Of a stretch of DNA of 64,000 bases, positions 8,880-18,446 are shown piece after piece (the first letter of the stretch is position 1; each line of letters begins with the position of its first letter). The notes beneath the pieces are model-generated. The model saw nothing but the letters and a program-made list of their open reading frames with translations, made no database searches and was not told the origin of the DNA. Source of the stretch: Gemmatimonadota bacterium. Its GTDB lineage: Bacteria > Gemmatimonadota > Gemmatimonadetes > Palauibacterales > Palauibacteraceae. The stretch is from contig OZ220691.1 of assembly GCA_965116475.1 (NCBI GenBank), positions 2,432,001 through 2,496,000 of the forward strand, read 5' to 3'. Position numbers and translations under genes: made by a program.

Positions 8880-10021
8880 ATCGCCGTCACCGGCTGGCGT
8901 CGCCCAGGCTTCGAACCGCGCTCGCGGCAGTCACGCTGTTCGCCGCCTGCGGCGAGCAGACCGAGTCCGGGTCGCAGCCGCTCCAGCTCGATCCGTATGC
9001 TTCCGTGATCGCGCCGCCGAGCCTGATCGACGAGATCGTGCTGCTGGAGGGTGAAAGGGCCTGCGTCATCGATACCTACTGGTACCGTGTCGTCTGCACC
9101 GATCCGGGCGGTGATTCCTTCAGGTTCGGCAGGGAAGGCGAAGGGCCGGGCGAGTTCACGGACCCGACCGAGGTCCTCCGCGGGCCAGCGGGAATGATCG
9201 GTGTAGTGGACCCGCGATCGAACCGCCTGTCGATGTTCTTGCGGTCCGGTGAGTTTGTGGCTTCCACTCCGGGGCTGCAGGGGATCCCGGGCATCCTGAC
9301 CAGCAGCGGCCCGTCCGCCACGGGCGGGACGATGGCCACAAGCTTTCGGAAGTTCGGTCCGGACAGGCGTTCAGGCTCTTCCACCGCGCAAGCGGAAATC
9401 GATACCGCCACGGGCCGGGTCGTATGGGAGCGGACGTTCCCGGACGAGGCCGATGTGGTGAACTGCTCGACCCCCAGACCCGGATCACCCCGCCGTCAGA
9501 TGGGAACGGGATACGATGACGGGGACGGCGGCTTGGTCTTCGTGACGTGCTACGGGGAGTTCCTGGTTTGGTATGCCGACCGTGACGCGGACGAACCGGG
9601 CGCCATCGTGCGGACCACGTACGTCGAGCGATACCCGACCGACGAAGACGTCGCTTCCGAGCTTCGGTTCCTGAACTCGATTCCATCGGGCGGCTTCCGC
9701 CCGGACGTCGATGAGGAAGACATCCGGGCGCGACCCAAGGCCTGGTACGGCGCGCGCGTGGTGGACGACGAGTGTCGATTCTGGGCGGTGTCGCATTGGA
9801 ATTCGAGCGACGTAACCCCGTCGCTCAGCTACATCGACATGTTCCGGCTCACCGACACAGGCCCCGGGTACGCGCTGACGCTGCAAGTGGCGGACAAGGT
9901 GGTGGGGATGGATGTGCTCGGAAACGCGCTCGCCGTGCTCGTGGAGCGCGAAACCGGTGGCGTAGTCCGCGAGCGCCGCGTGGACTGGTACGACGTGACC
10001 GACGTGGCCCCTCAACGCTGA
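8843..10021 (+). CDS. Beta-propeller lipoprotein (NHL/6-bladed-like)
   Basis: Lipobox ALAAVTLFAAC; FGREGEGPGEFTDP motif; start uncertain (GTG 8843/8846 or TTG 8867). Confidence 0.65.
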   Translation: MVTPKTRSLNRAYRRHRLASPRLRTALAAVTLFAACGEQTESGSQPLQLDPYASVIAPPSLIDEIVLLEGERACVIDTYWYRVVCTDPGGDSFRFGREGEGPGEFTDPTEVLRGPAGMIGVVDPRSNRLSMFLRSGEFVASTPGLQGIPGILTSSGPSATGGTMATSFRKFGPDRRSGSSTAQAEIDTATGRVVWERTFPDEADVVNCSTPRPGSPRRQMGTGYDDGDGGLVFVTCYGEFLVWYADRDADEPGAIVRTTYVERYPTDEDVASELRFLNSIPSGGFRPDVDEEDIRARPKAWYGARVVDDECRFWAVSHWNSSDVTPSLSYIDMFRLTDTGPGYALTLQVADKVVGMDVLGNALAVLVERETGGVVRERRVDWYDVTDVAPQR

Positions 10022-10058
10022 CAAGGCGGGCCACGTTCCCGCGGAAACGTCCAGGGGG

Positions 10059-10400
10059 TCAGGCGGTGCTGGGGGCCTCGTCGGAGTGTTCGATTCCGGC
10101 TCCGCCCATCGCGGCGCCGGTGCCCACGGTGATGACGCCGAACATGAGGTCGTTGAAGAAGGCCTGCGCGTTGGCGAGATACCCGTGGATGAAGGGCGAC
10201 AGCATGCTGTAGGCGCCGAGGGCGATGAGTCCCCAGCCGCTGATCCGGTTGATGCCGAGGTTGAAGGTGATGGTGACGACGAGGATGGAACCGCCGAGCA
10301 CCACGCTGTGCCACCACAGGAAACCGAACGGGTATCCCCAGATGAACGGGGCGCCCAGGAACCAGAGTCCCAGCGCGAGACCGACCCAGCGTGACGCCAT
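10059..10400 (-). CDS. SPW-repeat-like small membrane protein
   Basis: 113 aa, four TM helices, two repeats (GLWFLGAPFIWGY and GAYSMLSPFIHGY...NDL). Confidence 0.7.
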   Translation of the reverse strand: MASRWVGLALGLWFLGAPFIWGYPFGFLWWHSVVLGGSILVVTITFNLGINRISGWGLIALGAYSMLSPFIHGYLANAQAFFNDLMFGVITVGTGAAMGGAGIEHSDEAPSTA

Positions 10401-10479
10401 CGAACCTCTCTCGGAAGAAACCGGATGAACCGTCGAACCGGCGCCTATGATGCGCCCCGGCAGGGGCAAAGGCAACGTC

Positions 10480-12780
10480 CTACAGGCGGGCGCGGCGGAG
10501 GCGGTTCGCGTTCGTGACGACGGAGATCGAACTCAGCGCCATGGCGGCCTCCGCGAGGACGGGGTGGAGAAGGCCGAGGAAGGCGACGGGGATCGCGACG
10601 ACGTTGTAGACGTAGGCCCAGAAGAGGTTTTCGCGGATCTTGCGGAAGGTGGCGCGGGAGAGCTTCGTCGCGCGGACCACGGAGCGCAGATCTCCCTGCA
10701 CGAGGGTGATGTCGGCGGCTTCGATCGCGATGTCGGTGCCGGTCCCCACGGCGATGCCGACGTCGGCCGCCTTGAGGGCGGGGGCGTCGTTGATCCCGTC
10801 GCCGACGAAGGCCACGGTGTGGCCGTCGGCGCGGAGTTGCCGCACGGCCTCGACCTTGTCGGCGGGGAGCAGCCCGGCCCGGAAGTCGTCGATGCCGAGG
10901 TGCTCGGCGACGGCGGCCGCCACGGCTTCATGATCGCCGGTGAGCATCACGGTCCGGAAGCCGCGGCGGCTCAGCTCCAGGAGGGTCTCCCGGGCGTCTT
11001 CCTTCACCGGGTCGGCGATCGCGATCGCGCCGAGCAGCCGCCCGCCGGCGGACACCCAGGCGACCGTGCGCGCGTGGTCGCCGAACCGCCGCTCGACCCG
11101 GGCGATGTCCTCCTCCGGGATGCCCTCCTCGCGCAGCAGCCGCGCGCTGCCCACGGAGACCCGCTGGCCATCGACCTCGCCGACGATGCCCATCCCGACG
11201 CGGGCTTCCACGCCGCCCGCCCGGGAGAAGGGGATGCCGCGCCCGCGCGCCTCCTCGACGACGGCGCGGGCGAGCGGATGCTCCGAGGCGTCCTCCACCG
11301 CGGCTGCGAGTGCGAGCACGCGCCCCTCGGCGGCTTCCTCCGTCGCGAAGATCTCGACCACGCGGGGGGCGCCGCGGGTCAGGGTGCCGGTCTTGTCGAA
11401 GACGAGCGTGTCCGCCCGGTCCAGCGTCTGCACGGCGGCCCCGTCCCGGATGAGGACGCCGCGGGTCGCCCCGAGGCCGGTCCCGACCATGAGCGCGGTG
11501 GGCGTGGCGAGCCCGAGCGCGCAGGGGCAGGCGATGACGAGCACCGCGACCGCGGCGTAGAGCGCGAGGGACAGGCGGCCCAGTTCCGGGTTCACCCACG
11601 GGATGAACCCCGACGCCCAGCGCGCGGCCTCCGTGAAGACGCCGGGCACGACGAACCAGCCCGCGAAGGCCGCCAGCGCGACGACGAGGATGACGGGCAC
11701 GAAGATGGCGGTCACCCGGTCCGCGAACTCCTGGATCGGGACCTTGCTCGCCTGCGCCTCCTCCACGAGGCGAATGACGTTGGACAGGAAGGTGTCCTCG
11801 CCCACACCCGTCGCCCGCACCCGAAGCGCGCCGGAGTGATTGACGGTCGAACCGAGGACGGAGGACCCCGGTTCCTTCTCGACCGGAATCGACTCGCCCG
11901 TCGCGAGCGACTCATCGACCGCGCTCCGCCCCTCAAGGACGACGCCGTCCGTGGGGATCTTCTCGCCCGGGCGGATGATCATCACATCGCCCACCGCGAC
12001 GTCGCGGGTCGGGATCTCGAGTTCGGTGCCCTCCCGCTCCACGCGCGCCGTGGGCGCTTCGAGCGAAAGCAGCGCCTGGATCGCCGACGAGGAGCGGCCG
12101 CGCGCCTTCGCCTCCACGTAGCGGCCCGTGAGGTGGATGGCGGCGATCATCGCGCCTACCGGCGCGAAGTTCATGATCATCGGGGCGAACCCGAGGACGT
12201 GCAGGACGGCCCACGCCCCCGTGAGCACGGAGACGCCGGCCCCGAGCGCGATGAGAACGTCCATGTTCGGCGTGCGGCCCCGCGCCGAACGCCACGCGCT
12301 GCGCAGCGTCGCCCCCCCCGGCCCGATGAGGACGGCGGCGCCGAGCACGGTGACGCCGAGGTCGAAGACGAGCGGCGACGGCCAGCGCACCCCGGCGAAC
12401 ATCTCCGGCAGCATCCACACCATGGCCGGGACGGTGAGCGCCCACGCGGTCCACATCGTTTTCCACGCCTCGCGCGAGCGGGCTTCCGCCTCCGCAAGGC
12501 GCGAGCGCTCCGCCTCTCCCCGGTCCACGTCGGCGATGGGCTCGATCTCGTAGCCGGCCCCCTCGACGGCCGCGGCGAGTTCCTCGAAACCCACGTCCCG
12601 GGTGAGCGTCAGCGTCGCGGACTCGGCGGGGAGGCTCACCGCAGCCTCCACGCCGTCGACCGCGTTGAGGCTCCGCTCCACGGCGCCGACGCAGGCCGAA
12701 CAGTGCATGCCGGCGATCCGATAGGTCTTCCTTGCCGCGGTCGGCGTGGGGGCCGAGGCGTCCATGGTCATCCTTGTCAT
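10480..12780 (-). CDS. copA: Copper-translocating P1B-type ATPase
   Basis: GMHCSAC metal-binding domain, TGES, CPC, DKTGT, GDGINDAP, YN and MALSS motifs. Confidence 0.93.
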   Translation of the reverse strand: MTRMTMDASAPTPTAARKTYRIAGMHCSACVGAVERSLNAVDGVEAAVSLPAESATLTLTRDVGFEELAAAVEGAGYEIEPIADVDRGEAERSRLAEAEARSREAWKTMWTAWALTVPAMVWMLPEMFAGVRWPSPLVFDLGVTVLGAAVLIGPGGATLRSAWRSARGRTPNMDVLIALGAGVSVLTGAWAVLHVLGFAPMIMNFAPVGAMIAAIHLTGRYVEAKARGRSSSAIQALLSLEAPTARVEREGTELEIPTRDVAVGDVMIIRPGEKIPTDGVVLEGRSAVDESLATGESIPVEKEPGSSVLGSTVNHSGALRVRATGVGEDTFLSNVIRLVEEAQASKVPIQEFADRVTAIFVPVILVVALAAFAGWFVVPGVFTEAARWASGFIPWVNPELGRLSLALYAAVAVLVIACPCALGLATPTALMVGTGLGATRGVLIRDGAAVQTLDRADTLVFDKTGTLTRGAPRVVEIFATEEAAEGRVLALAAAVEDASEHPLARAVVEEARGRGIPFSRAGGVEARVGMGIVGEVDGQRVSVGSARLLREEGIPEEDIARVERRFGDHARTVAWVSAGGRLLGAIAIADPVKEDARETLLELSRRGFRTVMLTGDHEAVAAAVAEHLGIDDFRAGLLPADKVEAVRQLRADGHTVAFVGDGINDAPALKAADVGIAVGTGTDIAIEAADITLVQGDLRSVVRATKLSRATFRKIRENLFWAYVYNVVAIPVAFLGLLHPVLAEAAMALSSISVVTNANRLRRARL

Positions 12781-12790
12781 CCTTCCCGTA

Positions 12791-13126
12791 TTACCTGTCG
12801 GCGAAGCGCGTGAAGAGATCCGCGATCTCCGCGCGCACCCGCGCGGCGTCGTCACCGCCTTCCTCGATGGCATGGGTGGCGCAGCGCTCGAGGTGGTTCA
12901 GCAGGAGTTCCTTCTCGGCCGCGCGCAGCGCGGAGTGAACGGCGGCGAACTGCTGCAGGATGTCCGGGCAGTACCGTTCATCCTCCACCATGCGGGCGAT
13001 GCCCCCGACCTGTCCCCGGATACGGGCCAGCCGACGGCCGAGGTCCTGTTTCGTCCCATCCGCGATCCCCATCGCATGCGGCCCCGCGTCGCTCACCGCC
13101 ATTCCCTCCGCGCTTACGTCCATCAT
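12791..13126 (-). CDS. csoR: Copper-sensing repressor, CsoR family
   Basis: RLARIRGQVGGIARMVEDERYCPDILQQ...NHLERC (Cys-His-Cys); upstream of copA; start uncertain. Confidence 0.9.
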   Translation of the reverse strand: MMDVSAEGMAVSDAGPHAMGIADGTKQDLGRRLARIRGQVGGIARMVEDERYCPDILQQFAAVHSALRAAEKELLLNHLERCATHAIEEGGDDAARVRAEIADLFTRFADR

Positions 13127-13172
13127 CGTCCGACCGTGGGTCGGGTAACCGTGGGTCGTTCCTGCGTAAAAT

Positions 13173-13194
13173 ATACTATACAGGGGTATGGTAT
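13173..13194. promoter_or_regulatory. CsoR operator
   Basis: ATACTATAC-AGGG-GTATGGTAT: AT-rich inverted repeat around a G tract, the known CsoR operator layout, ~47 bp upstream of csoR. Confidence 0.8.
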
Positions 13195-13288
13195 TCTCCG
13201 CAAGCCGTGAACCCCGATCCGAACCGCGGCGCGAAATCGGGACGTGAGCGGTGGCGGCGTTTTGCCGGGGGCTGCTAAACTCAGGGCC

Positions 13289-13957
13289 ATGTTCAGAAGA
13301 CTGAGGCAGATGGTCGACGAGGCGCTCGACCGGATGGAGGCGAAGCAGCCCGGCGCGTCCGAGGACGACATCGACCGCGTCATCCGCGCCATGCGCCAGG
13401 AACTCGTCGATACGCGGGCGCGGATCTCCGAACTCGAGGACCTGCTCGAGTCGCAGGTGCGCCAGGCCGACAAGGAAAGGGAGGCGGCCGGGGTCGCCGA
13501 ACGGCGCGCGGCGAAGGCGGCCGAGATCGGCGACGCCGAGACGGTCGAGGTCGCGAACCGGTTCGCGGCGCGGCACCGCCAGCGGCTCGAGGTGCTCGTC
13601 CTCAAGGCCGAGGGGACGCAGGCCGAACTTCAGCAGCAGAAGGCCGAGGCCGCGCAGGGCGCCGAACAACTGAAGAGCGCCATGGCCCGGCGGGATTCGC
13701 TCAGCGTGCAGCAGCGGCGCGCACAGGCGATCCAGCACTCGTCCGACCGGATCGACTCCGTCGATGCGTTCGACCGCATGGCCGAGAAGATGGAGGGTAG
13801 GAGCGACCTCGACGACGCCCGACGCCAGGTGGAGGAGGCGCTCGACCCGATGGCCGGCGCGCCGGAGCGGGACTTCGTGGCCGAGCGGGAACTGCGGGAG
13901 GCGCGGGCGGACGCGATGCTCGAGGAGTTGAAGCGTCGCATGTCGAAAGGGGAGTAG
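13289..13957 (+). CDS. pspA: PspA/IM30 family protein
   Basis: ~222 aa coiled coil, AERRAAKAAEIGDAE..A, AFDRMAEK, LEELKRRM C-terminus. Confidence 0.75.
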   Translation: MFRRLRQMVDEALDRMEAKQPGASEDDIDRVIRAMRQELVDTRARISELEDLLESQVRQADKEREAAGVAERRAAKAAEIGDAETVEVANRFAARHRQRLEVLVLKAEGTQAELQQQKAEAAQGAEQLKSAMARRDSLSVQQRRAQAIQHSSDRIDSVDAFDRMAEKMEGRSDLDDARRQVEEALDPMAGAPERDFVAERELREARADAMLEELKRRMSKGE

Positions 13958-13960
13958 CGG

Positions 13961-15460
13961 ATGGACCTGCTGACCATCGCCGTCTTCGGCTACCCGCTCG
14001 TCCTCATCGGGATCGGCGTGTGGCGCTCCAGGCAGATCAAGAGCCACGCGGACTTCATGGTGGCCGGCCGGAACGTGCCGGTGGCCCTCCTCGTGGGGAC
14101 GCTCATCTGCACCTGGATCGGGTCGGGGTCGCTCTTCGGCGGGGCCGGGCTGGCCTACCGCACGGGGGTCGCGGAGCTGTGGTTCTCCTTCGGCGCCTGG
14201 GTCGGCCTCCTCGTGGCCTTCTACCTTGCCCCCCGCGTGCGCTCGATCGCCAAGTACACCGTCCCGGACCTCCTCGAACAGCGCTACAACGCGGCCGCGC
14301 GCGTCCTCGGCACGGTCGCGATCATCCTCGCCTACGTCACGATCGCCGCCTACCAGTTCCGGGGCGGCGGCTGGATCCTGAGCATCGTCACCGACGGCGC
14401 CATCTCGCCCACCACCGGGATGATCATCACCTGCGTCACGATCGTGGCGTTCACGGCGCTCGCCGGGATGGTGTCCATCGTCTCCGTGGATCTCCTGAAC
14501 GGGATCATCATCACCCTCGGCATCGTCATCGGCCTCCCCTATCTCGTCCTCTCCAACGGCGGCGTGGGCGAGATCGCGGCCGCGCTGCCCGAGGGTCACC
14601 TCACCGTACTCGGCGGGCACAACGTGCTCTGGGTCATCGGCGTCGCGATGCCCACCTTCCTGCTCATCCTGGGCGAGAGCGGGATGTACCAGAAGTTCTT
14701 CTCCGCCAAGGACGCGGGGTCGGCGAAGAAGGCCGTGGTCGGCATGTTCCTCGGGGTCGTCTTCATCGAGACGACGCTGGCGCTGATCGCAATCGTGGGC
14801 CGGGCCGTCTTCCCGGAACTCGCGGACCCGGAGCAGGTGTCGCTGGTCGGCCGCGCCGCGTCGGAGACGATCATCCTTCACATCGCCGCCAACGGCCTGC
14901 CGATCGTCGGGGGCGCGATTCTCCTCGCCGCGGCGGTCGCCATCGTGCTCTCCACCGGCAACACGTTTCTGCTCGTGCCCTCGACGAACGTGAGCCGGGA
15001 CCTCTACGAGCGCTTCGTGGATCCGGACGCGAGCGAGGGGCGGAAGCTGGCGCTGCAGCGCCTCTGCGTCGTTCTGTTCGGCGGGCTGGGGCTCGTGTTG
15101 CTGACGCAGTTCGACACGGTGCTCGAGATGGCGCTCTACGCGTACTCGCTCGTCGGGGCGAGCCTCACGCCGGCGCTCCTCGCGGCCTTCCTCTGGCGCC
15201 GCGTGACGCCGCAGGGAGGGATGGCGTGCATCGCGGGCGGACTCGGGAGCATCGTGGGGATCGCGCTCCTGTCGAAGTTCGGCGTGAACTTCACCGCCAC
15301 GATCGGGGGGACCGCGTTCGACTTCGCCTCGAGCGACTACATCGTGATCCCCGGCGTCCTCATCTCGCTCGGACTCCTGATCGTCGTGAGCCTCCTCACG
15401 CCGCCCTCACCGGAAGAGAAGTGGCGGCCCTTCTTCCAGGAGAGCCCCGAGAAGCTCTGA
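13961..15460 (+). CDS. Sodium:solute symporter (SSS family)
   Basis: DFMVAGR, TWIGSGSLFGGAGLAY, YTVPDLLEQRY; many TM helices. Confidence 0.9.
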   Translation: MDLLTIAVFGYPLVLIGIGVWRSRQIKSHADFMVAGRNVPVALLVGTLICTWIGSGSLFGGAGLAYRTGVAELWFSFGAWVGLLVAFYLAPRVRSIAKYTVPDLLEQRYNAAARVLGTVAIILAYVTIAAYQFRGGGWILSIVTDGAISPTTGMIITCVTIVAFTALAGMVSIVSVDLLNGIIITLGIVIGLPYLVLSNGGVGEIAAALPEGHLTVLGGHNVLWVIGVAMPTFLLILGESGMYQKFFSAKDAGSAKKAVVGMFLGVVFIETTLALIAIVGRAVFPELADPEQVSLVGRAASETIILHIAANGLPIVGGAILLAAAVAIVLSTGNTFLLVPSTNVSRDLYERFVDPDASEGRKLALQRLCVVLFGGLGLVLLTQFDTVLEMALYAYSLVGASLTPALLAAFLWRRVTPQGGMACIAGGLGSIVGIALLSKFGVNFTATIGGTAFDFASSDYIVIPGVLISLGLLIVVSLLTPPSPEEKWRPFFQESPEKL

Positions 15461-15494
15461 GCCTCACGCTCCCGGGCGGCGCCGCGCCGCAAGG

Positions 15495-16559
15495 TCAGCT
15501 CAGGAAAGCGCGCAGTTCGTCGAAGCTGGAAGTAGGTCCGAGCACCACGAGATCATCGCCGGCCCGCAGCTTCTCCTGCGGCCCCGGGTTGTAGACGAAA
15601 CTCTCGGCGTCGCCGCCCCCTCCGCTTCCGCGCTGGATCGCGACGACGAGCAGGCCGGTCCGGGCCTGGATCTTCGCCTCGGCCAGGGTGAGTCCGGCGA
15701 CCTCGGACGACTCCCGCACGGATACCTGCTCCAGGAGAAGCCCCGTGCCGCCGGCGTCGCCGGGGGTGTCGAAGTCGACGAAGAGCGTGAGGTCCGGCCG
15801 CAGGACGAGCGAGGCCATCTGGATGCCGCCCGTCGAGTTGGGGGTCACGACGCGGTCGGCGCCGGCTTTCTTGAGCTTGCTGACCGCGTCCTCGGAACGC
15901 CCCCGCCCGACGATCGTGAGATCCGGGTTCAGCTCGCGTGCCGCCAGGCACACGAACGCGTTGTCGGTGTCCGCGCTCAGCGAGGCGATGAGCCCGCGTG
16001 CCCGCTGGATCCCCGCTGCCACGAGTGTGTCGTCATCGGTCGCATCCCCCTCGACGACCAGCGCGTCGGGGTCGATCCGGCGTACCTCCTCGATCTGCGC
16101 GGGGTCGCGTTCGACGGCGACGTACGGGGTCCCGCGCGTGACGAGCCTGTTCAGCGCGGCGAGGCCGGTGCGGCCCGCCCCGCACAGGATCACGTGGTCG
16201 CTGCGGCGGTCGATCCTCTTCATCGTTCTTCGTCTCTTGAAGGACTGGGTCAGGTTCATCTCGAGGAGGGTGGCGGTGATGAGGGCGAACCAGATCGCGA
16301 GCGTGATGATGCCGCCCGCGATCATGAAACTCGCGAAGATGCGGCCGCCATCCGTGAGCGTCCGGATTTCGCCGTACCCGACCGCCGAGACCGTGATCAC
16401 GGTCATGAAAAAGGCGTCGGACACGTCGTATTGGGGCATGAGGGCGAAGCCGGTCGTCCCGATGACCGTGAGGCTCACCGTGAAAAGGACGGCCCCGAAG
16501 AGGCGGCCTTCGAACCGGGTGAAGTCGAACAGGCGCCGCGCGAGGCCCCTCCGTCTCAT
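15495..16559 (-). CDS. Two-TM potassium channel with RCK (TrkA-N/C) domains
   Basis: Pore TVITVSAVGYGE, Rossmann CGAGRTG, GDAT, C-terminal TrkA-C. Confidence 0.88.
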   Translation of the reverse strand: MRRRGLARRLFDFTRFEGRLFGAVLFTVSLTVIGTTGFALMPQYDVSDAFFMTVITVSAVGYGEIRTLTDGGRIFASFMIAGGIITLAIWFALITATLLEMNLTQSFKRRRTMKRIDRRSDHVILCGAGRTGLAALNRLVTRGTPYVAVERDPAQIEEVRRIDPDALVVEGDATDDDTLVAAGIQRARGLIASLSADTDNAFVCLAARELNPDLTIVGRGRSEDAVSKLKKAGADRVVTPNSTGGIQMASLVLRPDLTLFVDFDTPGDAGGTGLLLEQVSVRESSEVAGLTLAEAKIQARTGLLVVAIQRGSGGGGDAESFVYNPGPQEKLRAGDDLVVLGPTSSFDELRAFLS

Positions 16560-18187
16560 CGCGCCCCGCGGTCCAGGCGCGCGACGACCTGGCGCCCCTT
16601 GATCCGGCTGCCGTCGAGGCCGCGGACCACCGCGTCGGCCGCCAGCGAATCGACGTCGACGAGGGTGAAGTTCTGCCGGATGTCGATGCGGCCGATCTGT
16701 CCGCCCGCAACGGAGGTTTCGCCGGTGATCGCGCCGACGAGGTCGCCGGGGCCCGCGCCGTCGCGCTTGCCGACGCCGACGAAAACCTTGGTCCAGGTGG
16801 GGCGGGTGGCGCGCCGGGCGCTCCGGTCGGGCGGTGCGGCCGCGGTGTCGCCGGGCGGTGCATCGCCGGGTGCTGCGTCGCCGGGTGCCGTCTCTCGCGC
16901 TCCGGTGGCCGGGGCGGGCCGGTCCGCCGTGCGGAGGAGTCCGGCGAGGGCGGCGGCCACGCGCGCGGCGCCGTGCTCCTGGATGAGAGGGGCGAGGAGG
17001 AGCGCGCCGGCCGCGAGATCCTGCTGCTCGAGCGCGGCGGCGACGCGGGTCCGGAAGGCGGCCACGTCGTCCATGAGCGCGGGGTCGGCGGGTTCGGCCA
17101 GGGGGGCGGCCCCCATCCCGGCCCGCAAGGCCGTCAGCTCGAACTGCCGCTCGTGCAGGGAGTCCACGACGGCGTAGCAGCGCTCGGCGCCGGCCGCCGC
17201 CCGGGCGAGGGGCTCCGGTGCCGCCGGCAGCTCGAACGCGACCGCATGGGCGGCGGGCTCGACCTCGCCCCACGCCCCGACCCGCACCGCTACGCCGCCG
17301 CCGGTTTCGCGCGCGGCGCTGTCGGTCTCAGCCGCGGCGTCGTCTGTCTCGGCCACGCCGCCGTCGGTTTCGCCCGCGCCGGCTTCCTCGGCCCCGGCGA
17401 CATCGAGCCCGGCCAGCGAGAGCGCGGTGCGCACATCGGAGACGGCGTCGGGGGCCGTCTCGACGCTGACGGCGGCTGCCGCGCCGGCCCGCGTGAGGTC
17501 GCGGAGCAACTCGGCGAGGCGCGCCAGCCGGCCCTCGCGCGTCGCCCGGCTCGCGACGGCGACCGGAGTGCCCGCCGCGCCGCCCGCCTCCGGCCCTCCG
17601 GCCCGCGGCTCGGCGAACAGGTCGTTCGGCCACCGGCGCGCGCGCGGCAGCCAGCGCTCGATCAGCTCGTCGAACGCCGCATCCCGGGCGTGGGTCGTCG
17701 CGATCCGACGTGCCCCGTCGCCCGAGGCCTGCACCACGGCCTCGACGGCGGCCCGCGCCGGCTCGAGCGCACGCACGTCATCGAGGACCAGGGTGCACAG
17801 CGCCGCGGCCGGGATGTCGCCCCTTCGCACGCCCTCCAGCAGGTCGGCCGGCGGCCCGACCAGGATCGGCGCCCGCGCCACCGCCCCGCCCGCGGCGCCC
17901 GGCACGACGACGACCTCATGCCCCGCGGCGCGGGCGGCGGCATGCATGCGCGCCGCGCAGCGCCGCGCGCGGTCCGCCGTCGCGGTAAGCACGAAGGCGC
18001 GGCCGCCTGCCTCGCCGGCGGCAAGGTCGCGCACGGCGGCGGCCGCGTAGAGCGCGGCCAGGCCCCCTCCCTCCGCGGCAATGAGCGCGATGTGGCGGCG
18101 GCGCTCGACCGCGCCCGAGAGCGTGTCGAGGGCTTCGGGCAACGGCGGCGGCGTTCCCGCCGCGGGCTCCGACTGGTCCTGGTTCAA
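16556..18187 (-). CDS. Degenerate DEAD-box-helicase-like protein with DbpA RNA-binding domain
   Basis: C-terminal [26 protein letters not shown]...[16 protein letters not shown]-terminal RecA-like pattern without intact motifs; start uncertain. Confidence 0.7.
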   Translation of the reverse strand: MNQDQSEPAAGTPPPLPEALDTLSGAVERRRHIALIAAEGGGLAALYAAAAVRDLAAGEAGGRAFVLTATADRARRCAARMHAAARAAGHEVVVVPGAAGGAVARAPILVGPPADLLEGVRRGDIPAAALCTLVLDDVRALEPARAAVEAVVQASGDGARRIATTHARDAAFDELIERWLPRARRWPNDLFAEPRAGGPEAGGAAGTPVAVASRATREGRLARLAELLRDLTRAGAAAAVSVETAPDAVSDVRTALSLAGLDVAGAEEAGAGETDGGVAETDDAAAETDSAARETGGGVAVRVGAWGEVEPAAHAVAFELPAAPEPLARAAAGAERCYAVVDSLHERQFELTALRAGMGAAPLAEPADPALMDDVAAFRTRVAAALEQQDLAAGALLLAPLIQEHGAARVAAALAGLLRTADRPAPATGARETAPGDAAPGDAPPGDTAAAPPDRSARRATRPTWTKVFVGVGKRDGAGPGDLVGAITGETSVAGGQIGRIDIRQNFTLVDVDSLAADAVVRGLDGSRIKGRQVVARLDRGAR

Positions 18188-18345
18188 GTGCGGGATCCCG
18201 GAAAACGAATTGGACAATTGGACAAAGTCGTGCGCGGGCCTTCGCCCAGCGGTGGGGAAGGTACGCACGCCGTCCGTCCGTCCAAAGTGGACCCGCCCTC
18301 CGGGAGTGGACCCGGCCGCCCGGCCCCCACGCAGCTCATGTCACG

Positions 18346-18375
18346 TTGACGGCGCCTCGGAGGCGCGCCTAACGT
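18346..18375 (+). promoter_or_regulatory. Putative sigma70 promoter of the alanine/glycine symporter
   Basis: TTGACG-N18-TAACGT, ~70 bp upstream of the GTG start. Confidence 0.4.
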
Positions 18376-18446
18376 CACGATTCGCTCGCCGTGGTCGCCC
18401 AGCGCGACCGTCCGGCGCGCTTGCCCCCGATGACCTCCAGTACAAG

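Noticed and set aside
3992..10060. Canonical integron cassette array
   Set aside because: No intI and no RYYYAAC...GTTRRRY attC structure; the repeats derive from a coding gene and differ from one another.
18190..18446. Glycine riboswitch before the AgcS symporter
   Set aside because: The GGAGA...CCGAAG and CTCTCAGG core motifs are absent.
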